Assembly: GCA_965228895.1 (NCBI GenBank) | Contig: OZ245842.1 | Location: forward strand, 896,001-960,000 | DNA length: 64,000 nucleotides | Source: Alphaproteobacteria bacterium | GTDB taxonomy: Bacteria; Pseudomonadota; Alphaproteobacteria; SP197 | Reading direction: 5' to 3' | Shown: positions 1 through 11,247 of the stretch, piece by piece | Position numbering within the stretch: position 1 is the stretch's first letter | How the letters are laid out: each line of letters opens with the position of its first letter | Position numbers and translations under genes: made by a program | The notes under the pieces: generated by a model | The model's database searches: none | Seen by the model: the letters and a program-made list of their open reading frames with translations, nothing else | Told to the model about the DNA's origin: nothing

Positions 1-727
1 TTATATTATCCGATTTGATCCATTCAATTTCGTCGCCAAAATTTTTTGCATTCTTACGAGATGGCGTATTGCCAGTGACAACCCTTCCTAGTTCTTTGAT
101 TGGCACTCTCGGAAGATTTCTTGAGTTCGTAATGGGGTCGCCAAATTTCTCCAAGAACGCTGATTGTAAGAGTTCGGTCATCGAAACTAGAACCTGCTCC
201 CGCTTGCGTCGAATTTCGTCAGCCTTGTCGAGGATGGCTGCGATTCGCCGTTGCTCTGGGAGCGATGGAACGGGTACCTCGAACCGATCGAGTTCGGACT
301 TCCGTATATTCTTAATGTTCGCGCCCGCTGATTTCTGTGTCCATGACCGAAATGCTGGCGATCTGAGATAATAGAAAAGGAATGATGGGTCGCTCTTTGT
401 GGGCTTTGCTCGAATCCCCGCACAAAATGCACCAAACGAACCTGGCCAATCATTCCTAGCGAAGCCCGTTTTACCTACAACTTCCGAGCTGCCGGACGAG
501 GTACATATAACGATGTCACCCTGACGCAGCATTTGTTTATCGCTGATTTTCCCTCGCGGCACGTAAACCAAGTCATCATCCAGCACGAGACTATCTTGAA
601 TGTTACCAGCGCGGAGCACCGGCAACAGACCATCCGCAGGTTGATCAGTAGCATCAGCCTTTGAAAAGGTTACGCCGCGAACAACGCTCGCAATCTCGCC
701 CAGCGGTGTAAAAGGCATATCCTTCAT
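1..727 (-). CDS. hsdS: Type I restriction-modification specificity subunit (3' end runs off the window)
   Basis: Not in the ORF track; read manually. ATG at 727 overlaps the hsdM stop (ATGA). Translation [23 protein letters not shown]...VLRAGNI...LRQGDIVI...[26 protein letters not shown]...FLEKFGDP...GNTPSRK is a typical TRD plus conserved spacer. Confidence 0.93.
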   Translation of the reverse strand, partial: MKDMPFTPLGEIASVVRGVTFSKADATDQPADGLLPVLRAGNIQDSLVLDDDLVYVPRGKISDKQMLRQGDIVICTSSGSSEVVGKTGFARNDWPGSFGAFCAGIRAKPTKSDPSFLFYYLRSPAFRSWTQKSAGANIKNIRKSELDRFEVPVPSLPEQRRIAAILDKADEIRRKREQVLVSMTELLQSAFLEKFGDPITNSRNLPRVPIKELGRVVTGNTPSRKNAKNFGDEIEWIKSDNI

Positions 728-2247
728 CTGAGCATCTCCTCCAGCTCAGCGAGGTCTGAACCGATCTCTTCGTTGAACGCCGTCATCCGTTCCAGGATCA
801 CTTGCGGCGGATCATATTCTTCTTCTTCGTAAACGGTCTCCTTGTAGCGGCTCAGAGAGAGGTCATAGTTGGCTTCTCTAATCTCATCTGCCGGTACGAA
901 AAATGCCTTAGAGGTGCGGTCCGTGTCCTTTTTGGAATCGCGGGCGCGCCAGCGCGCAAGGCAGTCGGGCAGGTCGGTTTCCCCGATCTTCTCGCGCTTG
1001 TCGTCGAGCGAGAAGCCGTCGGCCTGCACATCATAAAAGAAGACATCTTTCGTCTCCCCGCCCTTAGTGAAAAAAAGAATGCCAGTGGAGACCCCAGCGT
1101 AGGGTTTGAAGACGCCGCTCGGCAGCGAGATAACCGCTTCCAGCTGGTTATTGTCGATCAGCAATTTGCGCAGCGCTTGATGTGCGCCGGATGAGCCGAA
1201 CAGCACACCATCGGGAACGATGGTTGCCGAACGTCCGCCATTCTTGAGCATGCGCAGGATAAGCGTAACGAACAGGAGCTCGGTTTTCTTGGTCTTGACC
1301 TGCCGCAGCAACGAAGCATGCACGTCCTCAAAATCAAGGCTCCCCTTGAAAGGCGGGTTGGCGAGGATAACGTTAAAACCTTCGCTGGCCGCTTTGGGGA
1401 AGCGCTCGCTGAAGCTAGTGCTAAGCGTGTCCTGATAATGAATGTCGGGATCGTCAACGCCATGCAGCATCAAGTTCATCGCGGCGATACGCAACATTGT
1501 CGCATCAAAATCAAAGCCGTGGAACATTTCGCTGCGAATGAAATCCCGATGCTCTTCGAGCAGATCACCTGTGAAGATTTTTTCGGTCGCACCGGTTTCC
1601 GCGTCTGTTTCCTCAATGATACCTTCGGGCGACGTGTGCGCCTCCAGCAGATATTGCATGACGCTGACCAGGAAACCGCCGGTGCCGCAGGCCGGGTCAC
1701 CAACAAACTCTGTCGGCTGCGGCTCCAGCATGTCCACCATCAACCGGATGATATGGCGCGGTGTGCGGAACTGCCCGTTGATGCCCGCGGTCGTTAGTTT
1801 GCTGAGCAGATACTCATAGAGATCGCCTTTGGTGTCGCCTTCGGTCAGCGGCAATTCGTGGATCATATTGACGGCTTTAACCAGAAGGCCCGGTTTCTGG
1901 ATCATGAGCTGCGCATCTTTCATGAACTCAGCGAAGGCCGATCCGCTTGCCGCAGTCGTTCTGAAATGAGGGAAAATCTCATCGCGCACGAGAGGCAACA
2001 TTTTATCTGCGCCCAAATGCCGAAATTGCGACCAGCGCAGATGCTGTTCATCTTCCTTAAAGCGCCGCTCGAACGACTTGCCCGTACGCTTGGCGCGTTT
2101 CTCGTCGCGCGTCTCATTGATGTCCAACAGCCGAGCATACATCAAGAATGTGATCTGCTCGATCACGGTCAGGGGATTGGTGATCCCGCCCTGCCAAAAC
2201 TCTGTCCAGAGCGCGTCGATACGCCGCTTGAGTTCTCCCGTGACCAT
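724..2247 (-). CDS. hsdM: Type I R-M N6-adenine methyltransferase subunit
   Basis: [20 protein letters not shown] (SAM-binding motif I), ANPPF (catalytic motif IV), VPDGVLFG; lies between hsdR and hsdS. Confidence 0.97.
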   Translation of the reverse strand: MVTGELKRRIDALWTEFWQGGITNPLTVIEQITFLMYARLLDINETRDEKRAKRTGKSFERRFKEDEQHLRWSQFRHLGADKMLPLVRDEIFPHFRTTAASGSAFAEFMKDAQLMIQKPGLLVKAVNMIHELPLTEGDTKGDLYEYLLSKLTTAGINGQFRTPRHIIRLMVDMLEPQPTEFVGDPACGTGGFLVSVMQYLLEAHTSPEGIIEETDAETGATEKIFTGDLLEEHRDFIRSEMFHGFDFDATMLRIAAMNLMLHGVDDPDIHYQDTLSTSFSERFPKAASEGFNVILANPPFKGSLDFEDVHASLLRQVKTKKTELLFVTLILRMLKNGGRSATIVPDGVLFGSSGAHQALRKLLIDNNQLEAVISLPSGVFKPYAGVSTGILFFTKGGETKDVFFYDVQADGFSLDDKREKIGETDLPDCLARWRARDSKKDTDRTSKAFFVPADEIREANYDLSLSRYKETVYEEEEYDPPQVILERMTAFNEEIGSDLAELEEMLR

Positions 2248-5200
2248 TATTGTCCGTTCCTTTCGTTCGGCTGAGTTTCTTCACCGTCCGCTTCTGGCGG
2301 CCCAAAGGCCCGAATGACCTTAAGCAGATCCGCGACTTTGTCTTCGTCTTCGAAAACGCCGTCGAGACCGTCGGCATCGATGACCGTGAACGGTGCTTCA
2401 TAGAGTTTGTCGATTGTGATCGTGCCATAGCGGGCGATATGGTTTTGCAGCAGCCCGAGAAAGCGCGTCTGCTTGGCGGTCAGCTTCGGATGTTTGCGCG
2501 CAAACTCCGCAAAGTTTTCCTGCACGGCCTGCGCGTCCAAACCGATGATCGCGCGGATCGCGAATTGCAGCGGCTCGGCGGTCGCGCTGAAGAATTCTTC
2601 GAGCACGGCGCGACTGGCATCCGGGCTTTGTGTCAGGATCAGCGAGACCAGCGCTTGCAGATCGGATTCCGATACCGGCTTGCCCGCACGTATCTTCTTG
2701 AGAGTCGGGTTCGTATCAAAATGCTTTTTGATCTCATCCTCGACAACTTGCTGATAGGCTTTCATATCGACCGCCTTCAGGCTTGCCGAGCGGCGGCTAT
2801 AGTAGATGCCGGCATCGTCCTCTGTGATATCGACGATCTTGGCAGGCAGGGGCTGACCGGCGCCTCGCTCGCGGTGATGCATAATCTCGCGTAGCGGAAT
2901 GCGCACTTCTTCAAGTGCCGCGATGGTCACGCTCTTCCAGAACTCATCCGCTCTTACGCGCTTAATGATCTCGGCCTTTTCCCGGACGGGATTGAGGTGC
3001 ATTTGCAGCGCCGCAAGCCGGTCCATGAGCTCAACTTTCAGGTCGGCGATCTGGCCGGAGCCCCGCAGCAGCGCATTTTGCATGCGGGCGATTAGCAGGT
3101 CGAGCGCATAGGCGTCACTGCGCCCGCGGATGTTCCGCCACTGCATAAGCGCAGCAATATCCTGCCGCAGCCGGGCGACCGTAGCCGGTGCGAAGGCTTT
3201 TAGCGTGGCGGGCTGCGCAAGCGTTCGCTTTTCCTTCCACTTTTCACGGACGGCAATCGACTCCTCGGGCAGCGCTTCGATATCGCCCGCAATCAGATTG
3301 ATGGCAGTTTCGAAGACCGCGATCTCGCTTTTATGCAGTGCGGTTTCAGCGAGCAGCAATCGCTCTTCGAACACGAGCTGCATCAGTGATTTGCTTTGCG
3401 TCGGCTCTGCCGGGCGGTAGCCCATTTCAAAGCGCTCGAAATTGCCCCAGTGATCAAAGATGCGGAAGATCATTTTGTGCTGGCCCGGCCCGAACAGGTC
3501 CTCGCAAAGCCGAGTGCCGCGCCCGATCATCTGCCAGAACTTCACCGGCGATCTGACCGGCTTTGCAAATACGAGGTTGAGGATTTCCGGGATGTCGATG
3601 CCCGTATCGAGCATATCGACGGAGATCGCGATGGTCAGATCGTTGTTCGTCCCTTCGCCCTTGAAGTCATCAATCAGCTGCTCGGCGCGCGGATCGTAAT
3701 TGTCGATCACTTGGCAGAGCTTGCCACCATATTGCGGGTACATCTCATCGAAGAGCTGGCGCAGCAGCACCGCATGCTGGTGGTTGCGCGCAAAGATGAT
3801 GCTCTTGCCGGGAAGCTGCCCCGTTGCATCGCGCACACCATTTTCCATCAGGTTGCGCAGGATCGCCCGGTTGGTGTCCTTGTTGTAAATGACCTTATCG
3901 ACCTGCTCGGATGAGAAATCATACTGTAAAGGATCTTCACCCTGCTCTTCGAGCTGTTCGATTTGCTCCGCGGTGAGCGTATCCAGGCTGATACCTTCGC
4001 GCAGGAACTGCGTCGTGTGCTCGAAGACCTCAAACGGCGTCAGGTAGCCTTCCTGAACCGCCTGCTCCAAATCGTAATTTGCCGTCGGTAGTTGGCCTTC
4101 GCAGTTGAAGAGTCGGAAGGTGCTTTTTGTAACGAAGTCGACTGGCGTTGCGGTCAGCCCGATCTGGTGACAATCGAAATAGTGAAAGATGTCGCCGTAG
4201 ACATTGTAGATACTGCGGTGCGATTCATCGGCGATGATAAGGTCGAAGAAACCCGTATCAAAGGACTGAAAGACCTTCTGCATCGCCGGATATGTCGCGA
4301 GGAATATCCGTTCGCTGGCGTTTGATTTAACGCGTGACGTGATAATCCGGATCGGCTCGGACAGAAAATCATTGAAGGCGTTCTTTGCCTGCTTGCGCAG
4401 TTCCCGCCTGTCGCACAGGAACAGCACGCGCTTGACCCATCCGGCGCGGATCAGAAGATCGGTCAGTGCAATCGCCACGCGCGTCTTGCCCGTGCCCGTT
4501 GCCTGCACGATCAGTGCCTTACGGTGCCTGGCCGTGAAGCGTTCGGAGACGCGCTTGATCGACTCGATCTGATAAAGGCGGTTTACGATCGTCTCGTTGA
4601 TCTCGACCGTATCAAGCGGCGTGCGTTGTTGGCGCTGATAGTTTGCCAGAAGCTGGAGGCTGTCTTTGGAATAGAAGCCGAAGAGCTTGCGCGGCGGATA
4701 TCCCTGGGCGTCATCCCAAATCCAGACATCAAACCCGTTTGCGTAAAAAATCACGGGCCGGTGGCCATGCATCTTTTCCAGGCCGTCGGTGTATAGCTTG
4801 GCCTGATGGCGTCCTAGTTCGGGGTCAACAGACGTCTTCTTGGCTTCGATAACGGCAAGCGGATTGCCGTTATCATCCCAGAGCACGTAGTCCGCATAGC
4901 CGAGCCCCGCCTCTGTCGGTTGATGCTCGACTTCTATCTCCTTGCCGACTTCCGCCGTGCTGGAAAGGTCCGCGCCCACATCCCACCCAGCGCTGGCGAG
5001 CTGGCTGTCAATGAGCCGCGTCCGCGTTGCCGCTTCATCGAACTCAAGGGCGTTGGCGGCGGCTTGTCCCGCTTCAGCGAGCGCCTTAAGTTCTTCTGCT
5101 TTCTTTTCAGTAACGCTTGCGGCCTGGCGGGCCGTTTCAAGTTCGCTGAGCAGCGCATCCATCCGCGCTTCCTGCGCGGCGAGCCTTTCAAGAACTTGAC

Positions 5201-5645
5201 GACGCTCGAGGGCGGCCGCTTCCTTGGGCGCTGCCGGCTGTTTGAATGGAGGGATGTCGCCAGCCTTGGCATCGCCGCGCTGCACAGCAAGCCAGCGCGC
5301 TAGGTCATGTGCTTCTTTGAGCAGCCAGAGGGCCTTCTGGCTCTTTGCCTCTTCACCGTGAGCGGCTTTGTTGCCGTGAATGCGCAGCGCATGAAGCTTG
5401 TCGAGCACGACCTTTGGCGTGATTGCCGCAAAGGCATGATTCTTGAGCAGATCAATGAAAGTCGCCTGATCTGGTTTCGGCAGGCTCCGGTCGCGGTAGA
5501 TGTCCTTGGTCAAATTCTCGGCATACGAACGCAGCTTAACCAAGGCGCTCGCTGGATCGGTATGTGCGTAGGCTTCGGCAAAGCTGCCAAGCTCGGCAAG
5601 CCCAGGCCAAGCACTTCGGAGAAGCTCAAAGTTCTCCGACTTCAT
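2247..5645 (-). CDS. hsdR: Type I restriction endonuclease subunit R (EcoKI/EcoAI-like, N-terminal DUF4145-like region)
   Basis: ADYVL...IEAKK nuclease motif, ATGTGKT Walker [32 protein letters not shown] precedes ATG 5645. Confidence 0.96.
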   Translation of the reverse strand: MKSENFELLRSAWPGLAELGSFAEAYAHTDPASALVKLRSYAENLTKDIYRDRSLPKPDQATFIDLLKNHAFAAITPKVVLDKLHALRIHGNKAAHGEEAKSQKALWLLKEAHDLARWLAVQRGDAKAGDIPPFKQPAAPKEAAALERRQVLERLAAQEARMDALLSELETARQAASVTEKKAEELKALAEAGQAAANALEFDEAATRTRLIDSQLASAGWDVGADLSSTAEVGKEIEVEHQPTEAGLGYADYVLWDDNGNPLAVIEAKKTSVDPELGRHQAKLYTDGLEKMHGHRPVIFYANGFDVWIWDDAQGYPPRKLFGFYSKDSLQLLANYQRQQRTPLDTVEINETIVNRLYQIESIKRVSERFTARHRKALIVQATGTGKTRVAIALTDLLIRAGWVKRVLFLCDRRELRKQAKNAFNDFLSEPIRIITSRVKSNASERIFLATYPAMQKVFQSFDTGFFDLIIADESHRSIYNVYGDIFHYFDCHQIGLTATPVDFVTKSTFRLFNCEGQLPTANYDLEQAVQEGYLTPFEVFEHTTQFLREGISLDTLTAEQIEQLEEQGEDPLQYDFSSEQVDKVIYNKDTNRAILRNLMENGVRDATGQLPGKSIIFARNHQHAVLLRQLFDEMYPQYGGKLCQVIDNYDPRAEQLIDDFKGEGTNNDLTIAISVDMLDTGIDIPEILNLVFAKPVRSPVKFWQMIGRGTRLCEDLFGPGQHKMIFRIFDHWGNFERFEMGYRPAEPTQSKSLMQLVFEERLLLAETALHKSEIAVFETAINLIAGDIEALPEESIAVREKWKEKRTLAQPATLKAFAPATVARLRQDIAALMQWRNIRGRSDAYALDLLIARMQNALLRGSGQIADLKVELMDRLAALQMHLNPVREKAEIIKRVRADEFWKSVTIAALEEVRIPLREIMHHRERGAGQPLPAKIVDITEDDAGIYYSRRSASLKAVDMKAYQQVVEDEIKKHFDTNPTLKKIRAGKPVSESDLQALVSLILTQSPDASRAVLEEFFSATAEPLQFAIRAIIGLDAQAVQENFAEFARKHPKLTAKQTRFLGLLQNHIARYGTITIDKLYEAPFTVIDADGLDGVFEDEDKVADLLKVIRAFGPPEADGEETQPNERNGQ

Positions 5646-5729
5646 TGTGAGCACTCCACGCGGGCAACATGATCGGAGTTCACCTTCGCAGCGACCCTCA
5701 GCCGCGAACCGACGCGCTGAATTGGACGT

Positions 5730-7223
5730 TCAAACGACCTCATAGCGCTTCATCCAATTCGACAACGTTTGATAGCTCGGAAGCCCAACAAGCTTGGCAG
5801 CTACTGTCTTGTTCCCCTCGGCATGCTCGATGGCGCGTCTGATATAGTGACGCGCGACTTCTGCCATCAGATCCTGAAGGTCAACTCCCTCTTCGATAGG
5901 TCGCCCTAGAACGCCGTCACCGGTCTTGCTGTGTGCAGGTAACGCAAAGACTGAGTCCCAAACATCCGCCTCAGTAATTTGCTCGCTATCGGACCAGACC
6001 GCGGCACGCCGAAGGGTGTTCTCAAGCTCCCGCAAATTCCCTGGCCAAGACTGCTGCATCAAAAAATTCTTTGCCGCAGGCGACAGGGTCTTAGCTAGAA
6101 ATCCGGGCTCGCTTTCACTCTGATCGTTTATGCGGGCCATCAGCTTGTTGATAAGCAGACCGAGGTCTCCAGATCGCTCGCGCAGGGGCGGGACCTTAAG
6201 CACTAGAACTGCGAGACCGTAAAACAGGCCTTCCTTGAAGCAACCTGAAGCGACAGAATCAATTAGATTATGTCCGGTCGAAGCGATGACGCGAACATCC
6301 AGCGCTTTGCCGTTCGATTCTTGCGGCCGCGGAACGATCCCTGTCTCAAGGAATCTTTCAAGGCGAGACTGCGCTTCGAGCGGCAGCGCCTCGATCTCTT
6401 CTAGATAGAGCGTGCCGTTGTCCGCGGCGTCGATAGCGCCCACATGATCGGGCTTGGCCGTTCCATCCTCAATCGCACCAAAAAGCTCATCCTCAACGAA
6501 GTCACTGGAAAGCGCGCCGCAGTTCAGGGAGATAAACGGTCCAGACCTCCGCGAGCCGTTCGCGTGAATTGACCGAGCGAGCAGTACCTTTTCCGTGCCA
6601 GTTTCGCCTTCAATGAGGACCGGCACTGATCGCTGGGCGGCCTTTTCAGCCTTTTGCACCAACCGTGACATGGCCGCGCTGCGGAATACGAGATCGCCGT
6701 AGCTCTCTGATGCAGATCCCGCGCTCAACTGGGCCAAGCGTTTGTCGGCCGGCTTGAGGATCTTGGGCAGCAGTTCGGCGGAAAGCTCAAACGGCAGCTC
6801 AACGGTCTTCACGCCGTGCTCTATAGACGACTGGATCAGTTCGGCCGGAAATCGCGTTGTGCTGAGAATGGTCCAAACCGTCGCCATCGCCCAGGTCCCT
6901 GGGCTCAGGTGAAATGTCAGCTCTGGGATTTCATCGAGATCTGCGAGGCTCGATTCCAACGCATCTGTTGTCAGTGCGTGGATCGCCTCAAGGTCAGTTG
7001 GATCCAAGAGACTCGCTTGAACGGTGACGATTTCCGCATCGGTCCGCTGTCGCAACCAATCAATGTAGCCGTTGACCCGTTCAGGCTCTTGGTTCGCGAT
7101 CAAAAGGGCGCGATCGAAGCGCCGCTCCTCCAGCGCGCCACCTATAGGACCAGGCTCGGTCCCGCCATCCTTGTGGGAGGCATCGAGATCTTGGGTGCCA
7201 ATCCATGCAGCAAGTATCTTCAT
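5730..7223 (-). CDS. RtcR-like regulator: N-terminal CARF-like domain, degenerate sigma54-activator-type AAA+ domain, C-terminal Fis-type HTH
   Basis: N-terminal WIGxxD...FHLSPGT..M motif, WPGNLRELEN and AEGNKTVAAKLVG HTH. Walker A/B and GAFTGA are degenerate. Confidence 0.85.
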   Translation of the reverse strand: MKILAAWIGTQDLDASHKDGGTEPGPIGGALEERRFDRALLIANQEPERVNGYIDWLRQRTDAEIVTVQASLLDPTDLEAIHALTTDALESSLADLDEIPELTFHLSPGTWAMATVWTILSTTRFPAELIQSSIEHGVKTVELPFELSAELLPKILKPADKRLAQLSAGSASESYGDLVFRSAAMSRLVQKAEKAAQRSVPVLIEGETGTEKVLLARSIHANGSRRSGPFISLNCGALSSDFVEDELFGAIEDGTAKPDHVGAIDAADNGTLYLEEIEALPLEAQSRLERFLETGIVPRPQESNGKALDVRVIASTGHNLIDSVASGCFKEGLFYGLAVLVLKVPPLRERSGDLGLLINKLMARINDQSESEPGFLAKTLSPAAKNFLMQQSWPGNLRELENTLRRAAVWSDSEQITEADVWDSVFALPAHSKTGDGVLGRPIEEGVDLQDLMAEVARHYIRRAIEHAEGNKTVAAKLVGLPSYQTLSNWMKRYEVV

Positions 7224-7235
7224 GACGCTAGTATA

Positions 7236-7425
7236 CAAACTATTTTACGTTACCGCAAGTCTTTTCTCCTAGGTTGGCGCGCGTTCAAGCCGCCAGAGAA
7301 TCAAGATATATTTAGTCAAAACAAAATGTTATTGGACCTCTGAATGTGTCGGCGACGGCGAAGCGCAAGATTCTTTACGTCGGAAACAAAAAAATCATTG
7401 ACGATATGCACAAGAAAACTTACGT
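7236..7425. promoter_or_regulatory. AT-rich divergent promoter region with four imperfect 15-bp repeats (CAA-N6-TTACGT-like)
   Basis: caaactattttacgt 7236-7250; caagatatatttagt 7302-7316; caagattctttacgt 7366-7380; caagaaaacttacgt 7411-7425. Confidence 0.5.
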
Positions 7426-7475
7426 TCAACTCACAGGAGGACGGGTTCGCCGTGATTGACGGGAGGTCAGCCGTG

Positions 7476-7757
7476 ATGGACTGCGAAAACGAAAACGAGA
7501 TAGGGATGGAGGAGTTGGTGACCCGCGTGAGCGGGCTGACCGAGACCCTTCTCGCGGACGGGGCTGACGCGGCCGAGCTGGCTTTTGTTCTGGCGTCCGT
7601 CGCCGCGGATATGGGTCTCCAGTTAACGGGCGACCCGAACAAAGTGTTTCCGGTGCTGTTAAGCGCGATCGCGAACCAGGCGAGCAAGAGGCTCGAGGCG
7701 GACGAGGCCGACGCCGGCGAGGAAACCGAAATCCCAATCGGGGCGACGGTTCACTAA
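7476..7757 (+). CDS. Small acidic helical hypothetical protein
   Basis: GGGAGGT RBS at 7461-7467 before GTG/ATG 7473/7476; coherent 93-aa ORF at the head of the helicase operon. Confidence 0.65.
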   Translation: MDCENENEIGMEELVTRVSGLTETLLADGADAAELAFVLASVAADMGLQLTGDPNKVFPVLLSAIANQASKRLEADEADAGEETEIPIGATVH

Positions 7758-7828
7758 TCAGTCGACCACATCGGGCAACGACGCCAAGGGGCATTTGATC
7801 AGAGAGATTTTGGACCGGGCTTAAGACG

Positions 7829-10144
7829 ATGAACGCTCAGATTCATAGCCAGATTCAGGCATTCGCAGGCCATCTTGATGAGGTGGCGAATGCCTTCAAC
7901 GCGCAGTCCGATGCGCGTGGCCTTGGCGTTCATCTGGATGTTACCGACCTAAAGGCCTTGACGCTGAGTGGCCGTAACTATCGCAGCATCCTGAGCTTCT
8001 TCGGCTCAGAGCGCCCTGGCGTTATGTACCGTGAACAGATCGTCACCGCGGTTGATGCGATCGTTGAGATCATTGAGTCGCCTTACAACCTTGGCCTGAT
8101 CCTTGGCGCCCTGCAGTCGGGAAAGACGACGACGGCATTGGCGCTGCAGTTCGCCGGGCCGGCGGTGTATCTGGTCACCGGCCAGCGAGTGTTCCCGTTC
8201 TACCTGACCACCAGCCAGAACAGCCATGAGGAACAGCTCCGCAACGAGCTGACTCATTTCATCAAATACTATGGCGGCATCGACGTCGTGTTCCACAACC
8301 GCCGCTGTCGGCTCAGGAACTACATCCGCGGTCGCGGAATCGATCCGGTGTTCCAGATGTCGCCGAACCTCGATACGTACAGGGAGGTGGTGCTTCAGGG
8401 GAACGCCCATTTCCATGACATCTATAAGCCGGCGACGCTGGACGACCTGATCCACAAGCGCGTGCGCGGGCAGGCGATCCGCAACCTGGCCCAGTCCTGC
8501 CAGAAGATTGTCAAGGCCGGTTTCACGCCATTGATGGTCGTCGATGAGCCGCAGTTCGGCGCCAGCGATCGGCTTATTCGCGTGGGCGGCAATACCACTG
8601 TGGTGGATTGTCTGCTGAGCCAGATCGAAAAAGAAATCCGCAAAAAAATCGGCGCTGACGCTGATCGTGTGAAGGCCATCGGCCTGTCGGCGACGCCTTT
8701 TGAGCTACACGCGCTGCAGCGGGTTTGGACTGTGTTCCAGCGGCTCGGACCTAGCTACCGCGGCTTCAACGATTTCGGCGGACAGCCGATCGACCCCTCG
8801 GTGCAGATCCAGCCGCCGGACACGATGTCGATGTCTGACGCCGCGGCGAATTTTGGCATTCCATTTCTGCCGAACGTGAACCCGACGGCTTACTCCCGTC
8901 AGCGCAGCTTTCTCAGCTGGGCGCGCAAGATCGGTTACGCGGGCAGCTGGCAGCAGTACAAACAGGATTGCGTCGATGCGATTCGCGATCTCGTACTCGC
9001 TTTGGCCAAGCACGGCCAGCAACAGGGCCGCGTCGCCGGCATTTGCCTGCGCGCGATGAACGACAACGACCGTACCGAGGATCTGCTCGCGGACCTCCAC
9101 TTGCCGGCGAACCAGATCGAAGTCGTCAAGTTCTTCGGCGCCGGTGGCAAGGGCATGACCGTCAAGCAGGCAATCGCCCAGCGCAAGCGGCCTCATTTGC
9201 CCTATCTCTTCCTTGTGACGTCGAAGGCGCGGATGGGCGATCAGTTCCCGGCAGATGTCCACTACTTCATCGAGTTTGCGCAGCGGGCATCGGACCTGAA
9301 CGCGCTCCTGCAGGGGTTGGTTGGACGCGCTTGCGGCTACGGCAAAGACAGTCTTGTCATTCTGAGCGATAGGAACCAACAGATCCTCGATAACTATGTC
9401 GCCACGCATGGTGACTACGTCGCGACGCCGAGCCGGCATTCGGTGGTCGCGGGCGGCCGTGGTGGTCTCGTGCAGCGCCAGCAGCTGACGATCGACCGCG
9501 ACCCCAGTGACTCGGTTCTTGAGGGTTTTTTCCAGGATCTCGATCATCATGTCGTGCTGCCGACCGTACCTGTCGGCGCTGGTATGAATCCACGACGCGC
9601 TGGTAGAGGTGGTCGCCGCGGACCGGTCTTGACCATCGCAGAGCAGCATCAGCTGTTCGATCACGTGGAAACGCCGGCCTTCCAGCAGATGAGCCTACGG
9701 CATGTGTTCGGGACCCCCGAGATCGTACGCCGCAGCGAGACGATTTCGCTTAAGGACGCCCAGGGAAACTCCATTTCGGGCAGTTATCTAACCGATGCCT
9801 CCGGTGCCTGCCGTTACAACTTCCGTAAAGATGGCTATGCGGGACGAGCCGGACTTAAAGGCCGTGGTCGTGGTCAGCGCGATTCGGCCGATCCATCGCT
9901 CAACAAGGGCATCCTCGAGCCTTCTATCGGGTTGCGTAAGCGGGATCCGAAGACCGGCGATTGGATCGACAACCCAGCTATCCCGGGCGAGTGGGTCGCG
10001 GTCAGCATAACCCTGCCGCTGCGTCAGCCCTGCTTGATTGCTCGGAGCGCGACTATGGGTCGGGTCTCGCTGCCGGGGCGCTTGTGCGTCTACGACAAGC
10101 ACATGACCAAGCGCGAGCGCGCCCAGCGCGACGGTCGGGTCTAG
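7829..10144 (+). CDS. Divergent SF2 helicase/ATPase (Z1-associated-like)
   Basis: GALQSGKTT (Walker A), VVDEPQFG (motif II), GLSATP (III), KARMGDQFP (V), LLQGLVGRACGY (VI). Confidence 0.8.
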   Translation: MNAQIHSQIQAFAGHLDEVANAFNAQSDARGLGVHLDVTDLKALTLSGRNYRSILSFFGSERPGVMYREQIVTAVDAIVEIIESPYNLGLILGALQSGKTTTALALQFAGPAVYLVTGQRVFPFYLTTSQNSHEEQLRNELTHFIKYYGGIDVVFHNRRCRLRNYIRGRGIDPVFQMSPNLDTYREVVLQGNAHFHDIYKPATLDDLIHKRVRGQAIRNLAQSCQKIVKAGFTPLMVVDEPQFGASDRLIRVGGNTTVVDCLLSQIEKEIRKKIGADADRVKAIGLSATPFELHALQRVWTVFQRLGPSYRGFNDFGGQPIDPSVQIQPPDTMSMSDAAANFGIPFLPNVNPTAYSRQRSFLSWARKIGYAGSWQQYKQDCVDAIRDLVLALAKHGQQQGRVAGICLRAMNDNDRTEDLLADLHLPANQIEVVKFFGAGGKGMTVKQAIAQRKRPHLPYLFLVTSKARMGDQFPADVHYFIEFAQRASDLNALLQGLVGRACGYGKDSLVILSDRNQQILDNYVATHGDYVATPSRHSVVAGGRGGLVQRQQLTIDRDPSDSVLEGFFQDLDHHVVLPTVPVGAGMNPRRAGRGGRRGPVLTIAEQHQLFDHVETPAFQQMSLRHVFGTPEIVRRSETISLKDAQGNSISGSYLTDASGACRYNFRKDGYAGRAGLKGRGRGQRDSADPSLNKGILEPSIGLRKRDPKTGDWIDNPAIPGEWVAVSITLPLRQPCLIARSATMGRVSLPGRLCVYDKHMTKRERAQRDGRV

Positions 10145-10156
10145 AAGGCTGAACCC

Positions 10157-10321
10157 ATGCGTGCACGACCGAAACAGATGGCAATACGCCAACGAAACCT
10201 GGTCGCTGCGGCTTTGCGCGCCGGCCGCCATCGCCAGCGACGGGTTGAGATGAAGACCCGCTATCGCCGCACGCTGAAGCACAAAGCGTCGTGGGCGGCT
10301 GAACGCGAGGACACGATATGA
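10157..10321 (+). CDS. 54-aa basic ArfA-like (ribosome-rescue-factor-like) peptide
   Basis: Below the ORF-track cutoff: MRARPKQMAIRQRNLVAAALRAGRHRQRRVEMKTRYRRTLKHKASWAAEREDTI. GAAGG RBS upstream; its stop overlaps the next ATG (ATGA). Confidence 0.6.
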   Translation: MRARPKQMAIRQRNLVAAALRAGRHRQRRVEMKTRYRRTLKHKASWAAEREDTI

Positions 10322-11247
10322 ATGAGTTTAGCCCCTTCACAGTTGATGAAGGCGACCTCGTCACGCCACAGGCGAAAGGCGACCGATCTGAGTGGCGTCT
10401 GCTGCGTCGTCTGCACTTGCCGGAAAAATTCAATGCGCCGCGGGCCGACGACATCAAACGCGCGCTTGTCGTCGATGTTGAGACCACCGGCCTGAATCTT
10501 GAGGCCGATGATGTCATGCAGCTTGCGATGCTGCCCTTCGATTACGACATCGAAACCGGGCGCATCCTGACCGTCTACAAGGACCATGCCTTCGAGGGTC
10601 TGCGCGAACCCGCGGCACCGATTTCGGAGGAGGCGTCGCTCATCACCAGCATCACATCCGAAATGGTTGTTGGCAAAACGATCGACGCCGACGCAGTGGC
10701 CGCGATGGTCGACGGCGCCGACTTGGTGATCGCTCACAATGCGAAGTTCGATCGGCCGATGGTCGAAAAGCGATGGGATTGCTTCGCCAACAAACCCTGG
10801 GCCTGCACTCTCGGCGGCGTCGACTGGCTTCGGCAGGGGTATTCCGCCGGCAAGCTCGATTACCTCGGCATGCAGTTCGGTTGGTTCTATGAGGGCCATC
10901 AGGCGCTGGCGGACTGCGAGGCGTGCCTGGCGTTGCTGGCCGAGACGCTGCCGAAAGCCAACGTTCAGGTAATGGCTGCTGTCCGCGAGGCGGCGCTTAA
11001 GAAGGAGTGGCTCGTCCCTGCGTATGGCTCCCCCTTTGACCTTAAGGACAAGCTTAAGCAACGCAATTATCAGTGGCGGCCGGAAGGGGCGCCCAACGGC
11101 AAGGTCTGGTGGACCCTGGTCGACGACCGTGAAGCCGAGATCGCTTGGCTATGTGATGAAGTCTACGGCCGGAAAGTTGACATCAAGACCTATCCAGTCG
11201 ACGCGTATAACCGCTATTCGAAACAGCTTTGGAATTTCAGCGAATGA
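10318..11247 (+). CDS. DEDDh 3'-5' exonuclease (DnaQ/Pol III epsilon-like)
   Basis: VVDVETTGL (ExoI), IAHNAKFDR (ExoII), HQALADC (ExoIII). Confidence 0.92.
   Translation: MNEFSPFTVDEGDLVTPQAKGDRSEWRLLRRLHLPEKFNAPRADDIKRALVVDVETTGLNLEADDVMQLAMLPFDYDIETGRILTVYKDHAFEGLREPAAPISEEASLITSITSEMVVGKTIDADAVAAMVDGADLVIAHNAKFDRPMVEKRWDCFANKPWACTLGGVDWLRQGYSAGKLDYLGMQFGWFYEGHQALADCEACLALLAETLPKANVQVMAAVREAALKKEWLVPAYGSPFDLKDKLKQRNYQWRPEGAPNGKVWWTLVDDREAEIAWLCDEVYGRKVDIKTYPVDAYNRYSKQLWNFSE

Noticed and set aside
15-453. ORFs 15-371 (+) and 187-453 (-) from the track
   Set aside because: They overlap the real hsdS frame, which the track omitted because it runs off the window edge.
5730-7223. Functional sigma54 enhancer-binding protein / rtcR of an RNA-repair operon
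   Set aside because: GAFTGA and the ATPase motifs are lost, and no rtcA/rtcB is nearby.
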